In this document: positions 49,090 through 62,171 of the stretch, in pieces | Layout of the letters: every line of letters begins with the position of its first letter | How positions within the stretch are numbered: position 1 is the first letter of the stretch | From: Mobula hypostoma | Lineage: Eukaryota | Direction of reading: 5' to 3' | DNA: 64,000 nt | NCBI RefSeq assembly: GCF_963921235.1 | Contig: NC_086098.1 | Location: 1,922,001 to 1,986,000 of the forward strand | The notes under the pieces: model-generated | Database searches by the model: none | Told to the model about the DNA's origin: nothing | What the model saw: only the letters and a program-made list of their open reading frames with translations | Translations under genes and position numbers: made by a program

Positions 49090-50764
49090 GAGACTATCTT
49101 GACTGGTTGCACTATGCTCGATATGGAAACACCAACGCTCAGGAACAGAAAAGCCTACAAAAAGTGGTGGATGTGGTCCAGTCCATCACAGGAAAAACCC
49201 TCCCACCATTGAGCATATTTACGAGGAGCCCTGCTACAAGAGAACAGCATCCATCATCAAAGATCCCCACCATCGGGGACATGCCCTCTTATCACTACAA
49301 CTAAATTGATTCAGATTCTCAAAATATCTATTACTTTAATATTTTGCATTTGCACAGTTTGTTTTTTTTTTGCACCTTAGATGTTTGTCAGTCTTTGTGT
49401 GTAATTTTTCCTTGATTCTATTGTATTTCTTTGCTCTACTGTGAACCCTGCAGGAATATAAATCGCAGGATTGTATTTGATTACGTACACATACTTCGTT
49501 AATAAATTTACTTTGAACCTTGAAATAAAGGTACAGTATTGTGCAAAAGTCTTATGTACATATACATAGCTCAGGTGCCTAAGACTTTTGCAGAGAACTA
49601 TATAATCTATTCGAGCTATTTAATCTATTCAATATACATATACTGTAATTGATTGATTTATTTATTATTATTGTTATTATTTTCTTCTTCTTCTTCTTCG
49701 ATATTAGGTATTGCATTGAACTGTTGCTGCAACAAATTTCATGACACGTGCCAGTAATAATAAATCTGATTCTGATAAAGCAAAGTATCAATAAAATACT
49801 TTTTTAGCCTGAGTAGGCTGGAAGGGTCTGATACCATCAGTAATTCTAAATAAATAGTAATCAGATCTAGTTCAGATCAAACTGCGAATGTAACATTAAC
49901 TAACTTCAGTAATGCAAAAACAAATGTGAATATATCACAAGTTAAAGTAATAGGTATTTTGATTTCAGGGTAATCAGAGTCGGGTTCTATTACCTAAACT
50001 GAGAATCAGATTTCTTCTCTTTAATCAGAGTCTAAGTTATACATTACACATTTAAGTTTGTTTTTTTCAAGATAAGATTGGCTGGAATTTAAACCTGATT
50101 CCAGAATACAATTTTAATCAATGTTGAAATATATTAATTTGGATTTGACATGTTCTAACTTTTAGACTCTAGATCAATACTTCTGTGATTTATAAACATT
50201 GAATGCATACATTTTCATCACAGTGCCGTTGACTCTGTGAAGATTATGCCACCCATTTACAAGACTATTTTCTCACTATAACAAAACTAAGTCACTTTAT
50301 ACACATGGAAATAGATGCTCCCAGAATATGCATTTGGCATTTTACCCAGTCTTTTCAATCTGAAATAAATATTTCTCAGGAATGGATTTACCAAATCATT
50401 CCTGGAAAAATTCAGTGCAATCAGTGAATCCTACATCATAATCAAATGGGGTTTAGATTAGAGACATCAGAAAATATAGAGCAAGGAAAATGAAACTATC
50501 CATTTACCTGGTCCCAAAACTAACACCAATCTCACACAAATATATTCCAATATTTTTTTCTCAAGTGCTCCCTCAATATTTCCATGTAATTGGTAAACAA
50601 AGAGATTGTTCTTTAAATCGCGAGCAAATTTCTACATTCTGACTAGTTGCATCACCATCTCATGAGGAGGGGCCATTGCACAGGATCAGGAAAAGCCTAA
50701 GATGTCTTCTGTAGCAAACAATCTAGATATGCAAATGAAGATACAATTAAGGCTTGTTTGCATG

Positions 50765-51180
50765 ATTTCTCCCCCATTCTCCCTTCTCTTCTATTTTCCA
50801 TTCCTCATTCTGGTTTTTCTCTCCTGCTTTCTTTCTGCCTACCCATCACCTCCCACTGACGCCCCCTCCTTCTTCCCTCTCTTCAATGGCTCACTCTCCT
50901 CTTTACTTCATCCACCTATCACCTCTCAGCTCTTCAATTCATACCCCGTCTGCTATCCACACACCCTCCCCTTCCACTGCCAGCCTGCATTGCTCCTCCT
51001 CACCCTCCCTTCTTATTCTGGCTCCTGCCCTCTTGCTCTCGAGGCCTGATGAACAGTCTCAGCCCGAAATGTCAACTGTTTATTCTCCTCTGTAGATGCT
51101 GCCTGACCTGATGAGTTCTTCCAGCATTTATGTGTGTTAACGAAGACTTCCAGCATTTGCAGAATCTCTTGTGTTTACAA
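50765..51180 (+). repeat. Penelope-like terminal region with degenerate hammerhead motif (about 51042-51078)
   Basis: aggc-CTGATGA-acagtctcagccc-GAAA-tgtc-aactg followed by the PLE tail. Confidence 0.7.
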
Positions 51181-51329
51181 TTAATGTAAACTTCTTGAAT
51201 GGATGATTGCTTGCTCAAATCCTGCTGTTTCTTGGCTGCCAATCTGTGCCTTAACATGGCCACTGCAGCATCAAATATATATTTGTTGATAATTGATGCC
51301 ACCCTTAATCATTCATATCTTGACGCAAA

Positions 51330-54092
51330 ATGTCTTGAAGGGATATTCAATATTCAGGAGGGATGGACATGAAAGAAAAGGAGGTGGGGTAGCGTTGCTT
51401 GTTAGAGAGAAGATTAATGCAATAGAAAGGAAGGACATTAGCCGGGAGGATGTGGAGTCGATATGGGTGGAGCTGCATAACACTAAGGGGCAGAAAACGT
51501 TGGTGGGAGTTGTGTACAGGCCACCTAACAGTAGTAGTGAGGTTGGGGATGGTATTAAACAGGAAATTAGAAATGCATGCAATAAAAGAACAGCAGTTAT
51601 AATGGGTGACTTCAATCTACATATAGATTGGGTGAACCAAATTGGTAAGGGTGCTGAGGAAGAGGATTTCTTGGAATGTATGCGGGATGGTTTTTTGAAC
51701 CAACATGTCGAGGAACCAACTAGAGAGCAGGCTATTCTAGACTGGGTATTGAGCAATGAGGAAGGGTTAGTTAGCAATCTTGTCCTGCGAAGCCCCTTGG
51801 GTAAGAGTGACCATAATATGGTGGAATTCTTCATTAAAATGGAGAGTCACATAGCTAAATCAGAAACAAAGGTACTGAACTTAAAGAAGGGTAACTTTGA
51901 AGGTATGAGACGTGAATCAGCTAAGATACACTAGCAAATGATACTTAAAGGGTTGACGGTGGATATGCAATGGCAAGCATTTAAAGATCGCATGGATGAA
52001 CGACAACAATTGTTCATCCCAGTTTGGCAAAAGAATAAATCAAGGAAGGTAGTGCACCCCTGGCTGACAAGGGAAATTAGGGATAGTATCAATTCCAAAG
52101 AAGATACATACAAATTAGCCAGAAAAAGTGGCTCACCTGAGGTCTGGGAGAAATTCAAAGTCCAGCAGAGGAGAACAAAGGGCTTAATTAGGAAGGGGGA
52201 AAAAGATTATGAGAGAAACCTGGCAGGGAACATAAGAACTGACTGTAAAAGCTTTTATAGATATGTGAAAAGAAAAAGATTGGTTAAGACAAATGTAGGT
52301 CCCCTACAGACAGAAACAGGTGAATTGATTATGGGGAGCAAGGACATGGCAGACCAATTGAATAACTACTTTGGTTCTGTCTTCACTAAGGAGGACATAA
52401 ATAATCTTTTGGAAATAGTAGGGGACAGAGGGTCCAGTGAGATGGAGGAACTGAGGGAAATACATGTTAGTAGGGAAGTGGTGTTAGGTAAATTGAAGGG
52501 ATTAAAGGCAGATAAATCCTCAGGGCCAGATGGTCTGCATCCCAGAGTGCTTAAGGAAGTAGCCCAAGAAATAGTGGATGCATTAGTGATAATTTTTCAA
52601 AACTCTTTAGGTTCTGGATTAGTTCCCGAGAATTGGAGGGCGGTTAATGTAACCCCACTTTTTAAAAAAGGAGCGAGAGAGAAACCGGGGAATTATAGAT
52701 CGGTTAGCCTAACATCGGTGGTGGGGAAACTGCTAGAGTCAGTTATCAAAGATGTGATAACAGCACATTTGGAAAGCGGTGAAATCATCAGACAAAATCA
52801 GCATGGATTTGTGAAAGGAAAATCATGTCCGACGAATCTCATAGAATTTTTTGAGGATGTAACTAGTAGAGTGGATAGGGGAGAACCAGTAGATGTGGTA
52901 TATTTGGATTTTCAAAAGGCTTTTGACAAGGTCCCACACAGGAGATTAGTGTGCAAACTTAAAGCACATGGTATTGGGGGTATGGTATTGATATGGATAG
53001 AGAATTGGTTGGTGGACAGGAAGCAAAGAGTGGGAATAAATGGGACCTTTTCAGAATGGCAGGCAGTGACTAGTTGGGTACCGCAAGGCTCAGTGCTGGG
53101 ACCCCAGTTGTTTACAATATATATTAATGACTTAGACGAGGGAATTAAATGCAGCATCTCCAAGTTTGCAGATGACATGAAGCTGGGTGGCAGTGTTAGC
53201 TGTGAGAAGGATGCTAAGAGGATGCAGGGTGACTTGGATAGATTGGGTGAGTGGGCAAATTCATGGCAGATGCAATTTAATGTGGATAAATGTGAGGTTA
53301 TCCACTTTGGTGGCAAGAACAGGAAAAAAGACTATTATCTGAATGGTGGCCGATTAGGAAAAGGGGAGGTGCAATGAGACCTGGGTGTCATTGTACACCA
53401 GTCATTGAAAGTAGGCATACAGGTACAGCAGGCGGTGAAAAAGGCGAATGGTATGTTGGCATTCATAGCAAGAGGATTTGAGTACAGGAGTAGGGAGGTG
53501 CTACGGCAGTTGTACAAGGCCTTGGTGAGACCACACCTGGAGTATTGTGTGCAGTTTTGGTCCCCTAATCTGAGGAAAGACATCCTTGCCATAGAGGGAG
53601 TACAAAGAAGGTTCACCAGATTGATTCCTGGGATGGCAGGATTTTCATATGAAGAAAGACTGGATCGTGTAGGCATATGCTCGCTGGAATTTAGAAGACT
53701 GAGGGGGGATCTTATTGAAACGTATAAAATTCTAAAGGGATTGGACAGGCTAGATGCAGAAAAATTGTTCCCGATGTTGGGGAAGTCCAGAATGAGGGGT
53801 CACAGTTTAAGGATAAAGGGGAAGTCTTTTAGGACCGAGATGAGGAAAAACTTCTTACAGAGAGTGGTGACTCTGTGGAATTCCCTGCCACAGGAAACAG
53901 TTGAGGCCAGTTCATTGGCTATATTTAAGAGGGAGTTAGATATGGCCCTTGTGGCTAAAGGGATCAGGGGGTATGGAGGGAAGGCTGGTACAGGGTTCTG
54001 AGTTGGATGATCAGCCATGATCATACTGAATGGCGGTGCAGGCTCGAAGGGCCGAATGGCCTACTGCTGCACCTATTTTCTATGTTTCTATG
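51330..54092 (+). mobile_element. Young CR1 LINE, almost complete ORF2 with two premature stops
   Basis: ORFs 51293-51934, 51938-53377 and 53405-54001 are in one frame (EN plus RT); same subfamily as 2544-5051. Confidence 0.96.
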
Positions 54093-54659
54093 TGCTCTGG
54101 AGCAACCACAGCAAAATTTCAAATGTGCATCATATGCTATTAAGTCCTTGTCACTGTCAGTGATCAACGTTTTAATCTTACTTTGCAATTCTTTCAAATA
54201 TCACATAACATCATGCACAGTACGAAAGGATCCCTCGGCCATTGTTCCTTCCAAAAGAGCCCAGTTTACGAGCACTGCAGGCATTTTCATTCAGGGAGGA
54301 CTTCAAGTCTGCATGAGAGCACGGACTTTTATAAAAATAATGAGGATATTTTTCTGAGGTAGCTTTGTCTTGTGTTTCAATTGCTGAGTGATAATGAAAA
54401 TTTTTACCTGACGGCTCTCGTCCAGAAGAAGCTGAAAGCGACAGAGTGCAGCACTTCAGTTTAATTGACTCTTCAGTCGGAAGTTGACAAAGACTGGCGA
54501 TTGGATTGTGTGGAAAGGTGCAACAGAACAAGTACTGTTGATAAGTGCACTTAGCAAAGTCTAACACGAGTGCGAGAGGTGACCCTGAATCCTTCAGAAC
54601 CATAAATGATACAGATTCATTCAATCTGCAGAGACTTATCCAAACACACTTTGCATCCT

Positions 54660-55160
54660 TATTCAGAACTTCAACTCACTCAGAATGCCACTGCTAGGCT
54701 TTTAACTAAAACTATGATGAGGGAACATATCACTCCTGTCCTAACTACTCTGTATTGGATTTTTTGTATCTTTTAGAATTGATTATAAAGTTATCTACTT
54801 GTTTTTTGAGCTCTCATTGGTCTGGGACTAGAGTACATCACAGAACTGTTTCATTTTTTTAATCCTGCTCGAGTTCTATGGTCTTCTCCAGCCAGTCTCT
54901 TAAATTTAAACGATCTCCCTCAAAAGATCAGGTCAGCTTTTTTGAACTATGCTCCTAAACTGGGGAATTCAATACCTAACACTATAGAGGATAAAAACTC
55001 AGTTGACACATTTGATAACCAGCTCAAAACCTATTTATATAACCTTGCTTTTAACAAACATATTTTTGTCTTTTATTCTTATGTTTGCACTTTATCCCAT
55101 TGTAAAGCACTTTGAACGACATCATATGTATGAAAAGTGCTCCATAAATTATTATTATTA
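54660..55160 (+). mobile_element. L2-clade LINE 3' fragment
   Basis: LQLTQNATARLLTKTMMREHITPVLTTLYW...SFRIDYKV; tail tgtaaagcactttga...aaagtgctccataaatttattattatta. Confidence 0.8.
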
Positions 55161-55364
55161 ACTCCTTGATAAAATGACTTCAACCTATTTAATGAGATTG
55201 GTTATCTCTCTGAAGGGGTAGTAACTAACAGATCTTAGTCACAAATTATAAATTCAGCACAAGATTCCAAATATTGTTTCTGAGCATTAAAATTCTGCTT
55301 GTTTGCAGCATCTTATTTTACATACAGTTTAGATTTATTTATCACGTGTACATCAAAACATACA

Positions 55365-55948
55365 GTGTAATGTTAGTATTAATTTCAAGAGGTCTAGAAT
55401 ACAAGGTGCTGAGGGATGTGATGCTGAGGCTTTATAAGGCACTGGTGAGGCCTCACCTTGAGGATTATGAACAGGCTACGGTTCCTCATTTTAGAAAAGA
55501 TGTGCTGGCATTGGAGGGGGTTCAAAGGAGGTTTACAAGGAATTCAGAAGGATGAGGGGGATCTCATAGAAACCTTTTGAATGTTGAAAGGCCTAGACAG
55601 AGTAGATGTGGAAAGGACATTTCCTGTGGTGGGAAGGTCTAGGACAAAAGGGCACAACCTCAAGATAGAAGGGCATCCTTTCAAAACAGAAATGCGGAGA
55701 AATTTCTTGAGCCAAAGGTTGGTGAATTTGTGAAATCTGTTGCCACATACAGCTTGTGAGACTAGGTTTTTCGGTGTATTTAAGGCAGGGATTAATAGGT
55801 TCTTGGTTGGACATGGCATCAAAGGTTATGGGGAGAAGGCCGGGGAATGGGGCTTAGGATGGGAAAAAAGGATCAGACACGATTGAGTGATGGAGCAGAC
55901 TCAATGGGCCAAATGGCCTAATTATGCCCCTATGCCTTATGGACTTAC
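55365..55948 (+). mobile_element. CR1 3' fragment
   Basis: ISRGLEYK...LYKALVRPHLE; CR1 3'UTR. Confidence 0.85.
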
Positions 55949-56914
55949 AGTTGTGTTAACAATCAACACACCCAAAGAATTACTGGGGGCAACCTACAAG
56001 TGTTGCCACACCAGTGCCAACATAGTATGTCCAGAACATTCCGCAGAACAACACAGAACAGACCAGACCAAGTGACAAAGAAGCAGCAGAAATTGCCCCA
56101 TTCCTTTCTAATCCATGCACATACACAGTTCTCTAACCCTAGGACAGGCCGCCTTTGGCCTCCACCCTCTATTGCACAATAAGCATGCAATATTCCATCA
56201 CTATATTCTTTTGTTTATGAACATAGCTTTCCAGATTTTCAAAAGTAAAGTGTCAGATCAAGGCCATATGTGTTTACAATTCCAGTTTTTCGAGATGGAT
56301 GAGAAAAATATATAATCAGGTGCTAAAGGGTGAGCAACACACACAAACTGCTGGACAAACTCAGCAGGTCAGGCAGCATCTATGGAGAGGAATAAGCAGT
56401 TGATGTTTTGAGCCAAGACTCTTCAAAGATATCTTGTTTGTAATTTTGTTCAACGGCAGGTTCCATAGTTCAAAGTAAATGTATTATCAAAATATATATA
56501 GGTCACCATATGCTACCCTGAGATTCATTTTCTTGCAGACATTCACAGTAGAACAAAGAAATACGATTGGAATCAATGAACTACTGTACACAGAAAAGAC
56601 TGATAAGCAGCCAATGAAGAATCAAACTGCGGGTGTAAGTAAATCAGTAAATAAATAGCTAACTATGTGCATAAATAACACTGAGAAAATGAACTGCAGA
56701 GTCCTTGAAAGTGAGGCAGTAGGTTGTCAAATCAGTTCAGTGTTGTGGTGAGTGAAGTTATCCACTCTGCTTTACAGCATATCTAAATAGGACAGTCTTC
56801 TCTTTTAACAAAGGAACGACTTAGTTCCCTATTCAGCACTGCTAAGATTTGGATTGGACAGCTGGAAAGGCAGGGTACTGGGTTACAGTATAACAGGAAG
56901 GGTTTGGAGTTTAA

Positions 56915-57097
56915 AAACACAAACACGAGGAAATCTGCAGATGCTGGAATTTCAAGCAACACACATAAAAGTTGCTGGTGAACGCAGCAGGCCAGGCAGC
57001 ATCTATTGGAAGAGGTACAGTCGACGTTTCGGGCCGAGACCCTTCCGAGACCCAATAGATGCTGCCTGGCCTGCTGCGTTCACCAGCAACTTTTATG
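56915..57097. repeat. Penelope-like terminus in inverted arrangement: perfect 46-bp arms at 56964-57009 and 57052-57097
   Basis: Arms are exact reverse complements; the 42-nt spacer carries gggtctcggcccGAAAcgtcgactg on the minus strand. Confidence 0.88.
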
Positions 57098-57424
57098 AGG
57101 ATTTGGAGCTGTGTGGCTGAAATAAACCACTCACTACAGGTTGATGTGCACCTCTGGGCAACAACAAGCTGAAATCTCATTCCAAACATGGAAGTCAGTA
57201 AGCAGGACTATATACATCGAAAGGTGAGTATAATTGTACTAATCTGATAAATGATTTAATTTCCCATTCATCTTAAACCTATGCCCAGTTGTTCTTGATT
57301 CACCAGATTTGGGAAAAAGTCAGACCTTTGCCCTGTCTCTGCCCTTAATGATTTCATTCACCTCCATGAGAGCAGTTCTCAGTCTCACATGCTCCCAGCC
57401 TGTCACACGGTCTTCCTGAATGGG

Positions 57425-57748
57425 ATGGCAACATAACTTTTAATGCAATTGCCTTACAGTGACAGTGTTCACTGATCAGGGGTCAAATTCCACCTCAGTT
57501 TGTAAGGAGTTTGTACTTCTCCCTGTGACCTCCTGGGTTTCTTGCAGCTGCTCTCATTTCCTCCCACAATCCAAAGACGTACAGGTTAAAATGAGTGAGT
57601 TGCGGGCATGCTATGTGGCACCAGAAGTGTGGTGACACTTAGGGGCTGCCTCCAGCACATCCTCGGACTGTGTTGGTTGTTGACACAAAGTGATGCATTT
57701 CACTGCACGTTACCATGTACATGTGACAAATAAAACTAATCTCTAATC
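57425..57748 (+). mobile_element. tRNA-derived SINE
   Basis: ggggtcaaattcc B-box-like; ttcctcccacaatccaaagacgtac core; aataaaactaatct tail. Confidence 0.65.
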
Positions 57749-58111
57749 TGTTTTCTTCAAAGTAGAAAAAGGTTGAAATGCTGAATGTTTTGCCACATTA
57801 TTTATCGAGGGAAAGTGTTGTGGACCTGGAAGTAAAATTGTAATCTATATTGAAATATGCTGGTTGGCCTTCCACTTTCTGATTTATATAGCACATTAAT
57901 CAAAGATATCTGCAAGGGAGACGTGGTGCGAAAAATTGATTATTACTCAGGGTCAGAAATTCTGCATCTCAGAATACTGAAGAGGATCACTTCAGACTGC
58001 TCTAACAATTTGCATTCCCGATCTAATATGCCACATGACTGGAATATGGAAAACATGAAGCTTTCAAGGAATTGGAAAGAACACAACCCAAATAATTATA
58101 ACTGAATTAAC

Positions 58112-58633
58112 TGAGAGGTAGTGTTACAACTGTACAGGACCCTGGTCAGACCCCACTTGGAGTGCTAGGCTCAGTTCTGGTTGCCTCACTACAGGAAGGA
58201 TGTGGAAACCATAGAAAGGGTGCAGAGGAGATTTACAAGGATGTTGCCTGGATTGGGGAGCATGCCTTATGAGAATAGGTTGAGTGAACTTGGCCTTTTC
58301 TCCTTAGAGCGACAGAGGATGAGAGGTGACCTGATAGAGGTGTATAAGATGATGAGAGGTATTGAGCGTGTAGATAGTCAGAGGCTTTTTTCCCAGGACT
58401 GAAATGGCTAGAACGAGAGGGCATAGTTTTAAGGGATGTCAGGGGTTAAGTTTTTTACGCAGAGAGTGGTGGGTGCATGGCATAGGCTGCTGGCGATGGT
58501 GGTGGATACAGTAGGGTGTTTTAAGAGGCTCCTGGATAGGTACATGGGGATTAAAAAAAAAGAGGGTTATGGGTAACTTTTAAAGTAAGTACATGTTCAG
58601 CACAGCATTGTATTGTGCTGTAGGTTCTCTATG
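58112..58633 (+). mobile_element. CR1 3' fragment
   Basis: ORF 58181-58402 is near-identical to 6880-7090. Confidence 0.88.
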
Positions 58634-58639
58634 AATTAT

Positions 58640-59162
58640 AGAGTCATGAAGACATAGAGAAATACAGCACAGAACAGGCCCTTCAGCCCATCTAATACAT
58701 GCAGAATCATTCAGACTGTCTACTCCCAACAACCTGCATCAGGACCATAGCATTCCATACACCTGTCATCCATGTATCTATCCAAACGTCTCTCAAACGT
58801 TGAAATTGAACTGGTATACACTACTTGTTCTGGCAGCTCATTCCACCCTCTGAGTGAAGAAGTTTCCCTTAAACTTCTCACCCTTCACCATTGACCCATG
58901 ATCTCTGGTTGTAGTCCCACCCAATCTCAGTGGGAAAAGGCTCCTTGCATTTACCCCATCTATATCCCTCATGATTTTGTATACCTCTTATCAAATCTCC
59001 TCTCAATCTTCTATGTTCTAAAAAATATGATCCTAACCTATTCAATCTTTCCTTATAACTCAGGTCCTCCAGATCAGACAACATCTTGGTAAATTTTCTC
59101 TGTATTCTTTCAACCTTACTTACATCTTCCCTGTAGGTAGATGACCAAAACTGCACACAATA
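58640..59162 (-). mobile_element. CR1 3' fragment
   Basis: ORF 58878-59156 (QFWS..YREDV.KVERIQRKFT). Confidence 0.85.
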
Positions 59163-59262
59163 TGCTAGTTATGAAAACCATTCATGATGACCAGCAACAG
59201 TTACAAGATCCATTTTCAAGGACTCTACAACTCATGTTTTCAGTATATACTTACTTATCGAT

Positions 59263-60227
59263 CTACTTTCAATGGTCACTTCATTAGGTACACCTGTACA
59301 CTGGCTTGTTAACGTAATTATCTAAATAGGCAGCATCTATGGAAAAGAGTGCAATCGATGTTTTGGGCTGAGACCCTGTTGACGAGTCCTGCTAAAGGTT
59401 CTTGGCCCAAAACGTCAACTCTACTCTTTCCTATAGATGCTGCCAGGCCAGCTAAGTTCCTCCAGCACTTTGTGTGTATTGGTTGTAATGATTATAAACA
59501 TTAATTGGAAGTTTAGAGAGAATAACAGAATGCTTGAGAAAGGTTAAGCAATAACTGTCATTTAATTTCACATGAAGGAGTGATTTGAAGAAGTGTTATA
59601 TAAGAAACTGCAAAACTTCAATCAAATTAAAAGTGAATATGCACACAAAAACCACTTCACTCCATATCTGCTCAACCTCCTATACCTCATAAAGTGGTCA
59701 CTGAGTGTACGTTTGTGGTCTTCTGCTGCTGTAGCCCATTCACTTCAAGGTTTGATGTGTTGTTCATTCAGAGATGCTCTTCTGCACACCACCGTTGTAA
59801 CGTGTGGTTATTTGAGTTACTGTCACCTTCCTGTCAGCTTGAACCAGTCTGGCTCTGACCTCCCTCATTAACAAGGCATTTTCACTCATAGAAATGTTGC
59901 TCAATAGATATTTTGTTGTTTTTTTTTTGGTTTTTTTGCACCATTCTTCATAAACTCCGGAGGTTGTTGTGTATAAAAACCTATGGAGATCAGCAGTTTC
60001 TGAGATACCCTGTCTGGCACTAACATTCATTCCACAGTCAGTGTCACTTACATCACATTTCTTCACCAGTCTGATGTTTGTTCTGAACAACAACTGAACA
60101 TCTTGACCATCTTGACCATGTCTGCATGCTTTTATGTATTGAGTTGCTGCCACATCATTGGCTGATTCGGTATCCGCATTAAGGAGCAGGTGTACAGGTT
60201 TACCTAATACAGTGGCCGCTAAGTGTG
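59263..60227 (-). mobile_element. Tc1-like transposon relic, interrupted by a PLE terminus
   Basis: ORF 59764-60153 retains Tc1 HTH-region motifs (KKCDVSD..CGM.V.AR..ISETADL; ARLVQADRK.TVTQITTRYN.GVQKSISE); TIR-like ends cattaggtacacctgtac and gtacaggtttacctaatacagtggcc. Confidence 0.78.
59329..59481. repeat. Diverged inverted pair of Penelope-like termini
   Basis: ggcagcatctatggaaaagagt...gttttgggctgagaccct mirrored by aaggttcttggcccaaaacg...actctttcctatagatgctgcc. Confidence 0.75.
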
Positions 60228-60395
60228 CAGTCTGAGCAAATCAGATGATGGAGTTGCAAGTTTGGCACAGAGGATAGTAAAATAAGAAAGGGAAATGTTA
60301 GTTTCAGAAAACTGAAAACGTGTGAAATTAAGAGGAAAATTGTGGAAAATTCAAGGTCATTTTTGTTTTTTATTACTTGATGCTTCTTAAGTGCC

Positions 60396-60593
60396 AGTTC
60401 ACCATGAGTGTAGCCCTTGTGGCAGGATAGTCAATGGACTGCATTTCCCTGTTCATAGTTCAAGTTCACCGTGAAAGCCCTGCTGACAGGGTAGTCCATG
60501 GACTGCACTTTCCATTGTACATAGTTAACATTGCACCCCACTGAATACTCCAGTATATATCGTGTGCAATGTAGCCCTTGACGAGAATGGACT
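60396..60593 (+). repeat. Imperfect ~67-bp tandem repeat (two units plus a partial third)
   Basis: agttcacc.tga...agccct...g.cagg.tagtc.atggactgca at 60396 and 60463; tgtagcccttg...aatggact at 60570. Confidence 0.7.
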
Positions 60594-60799
60594 TCTATCT
60601 CTTTTGTCCTGGTTCAAGGAAAATACCTAAGGCTACAGACTGTTCAGCTCCGCTGTGAGGTACACGTCAATTTTTGTGGAAAATCTGAATCTGAGCGAGT
60701 GGCTATGAGGATAATAGAATCAGAATCTGGTTTATTACCACTGAAAATGTCATGAAATTGGCTGTTTTGCAGCAGGCAGTATAGTGTGAGACATAAAAA

Positions 60800-61170
60800 T
60801 TAGACTATAAGACTTAGGAGCAGAATCAGACCACCCTGCTCTACCATGACGGATTTATCACCCCTTTCAAACCCACCTCCCTGACTTCTCTCCATAACCT
60901 TTGACACCCTTACCAATCAAAGATCTATCAACCACTACTTTAAATATACCCAGTGACCTGGCCTCCACAGCTAACTGTGGCAATGAATTCCAAAAATTCA
61001 CCACACTTTGGCTGAGGAAATGTTCTAAAATACCATCCTTGTTTTCTGAGGCTGTCCCCACTGGGCTTTGACTCACAAAGTATAGGAAACATCCTTTCCA
61101 CATCCACTCTATTGAGGTCTTTCAATATTCAATAGATATCAATGAGATTCCCCCCATTCTTCTAAACTCA
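60800..61170 (-). mobile_element. CR1 3' fragment
   Basis: ORFs 60867-61103 and 60940-61125. Confidence 0.8.
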
Positions 61171-61199
61171 TACGTGATAAATATAGCGAAATACTGAAT

Positions 61200-62005
61200 T
61201 ACAGTAATTATATATATGCATAAGCATATTAAATAGTTAAGTTAAAGTAAGTCGTGCAAAAATAGAAATAAAAATGAAAGTATTGAGGTAGTGAACATGG
61301 GTTCAATGTCCTTTAGGAATCGGGTGGCAGAGGAGAAGAAACTGCTCCTGAATCATTGAGTGTGTGCCTCCTTCCCGATGGAAGAGAGCATGTCCTGAGT
61401 AATGGGGGTCCTTAATGATGGACGCTGCCTTTCTAAGGCACTGCTCCTTGACAATGTTTTGGATACCATGCAGACATGGTAACCATGATAGAGCTGACTA
61501 CTTTTACAACTTTCTGCAACTTACTTCGATCCTGTGCAGTAGCCACCAGCACCCCTCTCCCCCATACAGACAGTGATGCAGCCAGTCAGATTGCTCTCCC
61601 TGGTAGATTTGTAGAAGTTTTTGAGTGTTTTAGGTGATAAACCAAACCTCCTCAAACTCCTAATGAAGTATACCCGGTGAAATTGTTTACTCTCTCTAGT
61701 TCCAATACCTCTATGAAGATTGGTTTGTATTCCCTCATCTTCCCCTTTCTGAAGTCGACAATCAGCTCTTTGGTCTCCTGACATTGAGTGCAAAGTTGTT
61801 ATTACAACACCACTCAACTAGCTGGTGTATCTCAGTCCTGTGCTCTCTCTCGTCACCATCTGAGACTCTTCCGACAATGGTTGCATCATCAGCAAACTTA
61901 AAAATGGCATTGAGCTATGCCTACCCACATAGTCAAAGGTATAGAGAGAGTAGAGCAGTGGACTAAGCACACATTCCAGTGGTGTGCCAGTGTGAAATGT
62001 CAGAG
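61200..62005 (-). mobile_element. Degraded Rex1/Babar-like fragment
   Basis: YFIRSLRRFG, ES.LTGCITV; reverse complement of tttgctgatgat (FADD) at about 61890. Confidence 0.75.
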
Positions 62006-62171
62006 AGGTGGAATGTCATGTCATGTCTGGAATCATTCTCTTGAACCTCCCCTGGATTCTCTCCAATATCAGCATACCCTTTGTTAGAAATTACTGTAAA
62101 TTACAATAAGAATATATAAAAATAATACAAAAAGGGAGCAGAGTAGTAAGGTAGTGTACATGAGTTCATTG

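Noticed and set aside
54408..54625. AG...GT-bounded open segment on the minus strand within ORF 54211-54624
   Set aside because: No convertase similarity, and it ends in phase 1 while the 34675 exon needs phase 2
57140..57223. Plus-strand segment with cag acceptor and strong gtgagt donor
   Set aside because: No polypyrimidine tract, no recognisable protein and no partner exons
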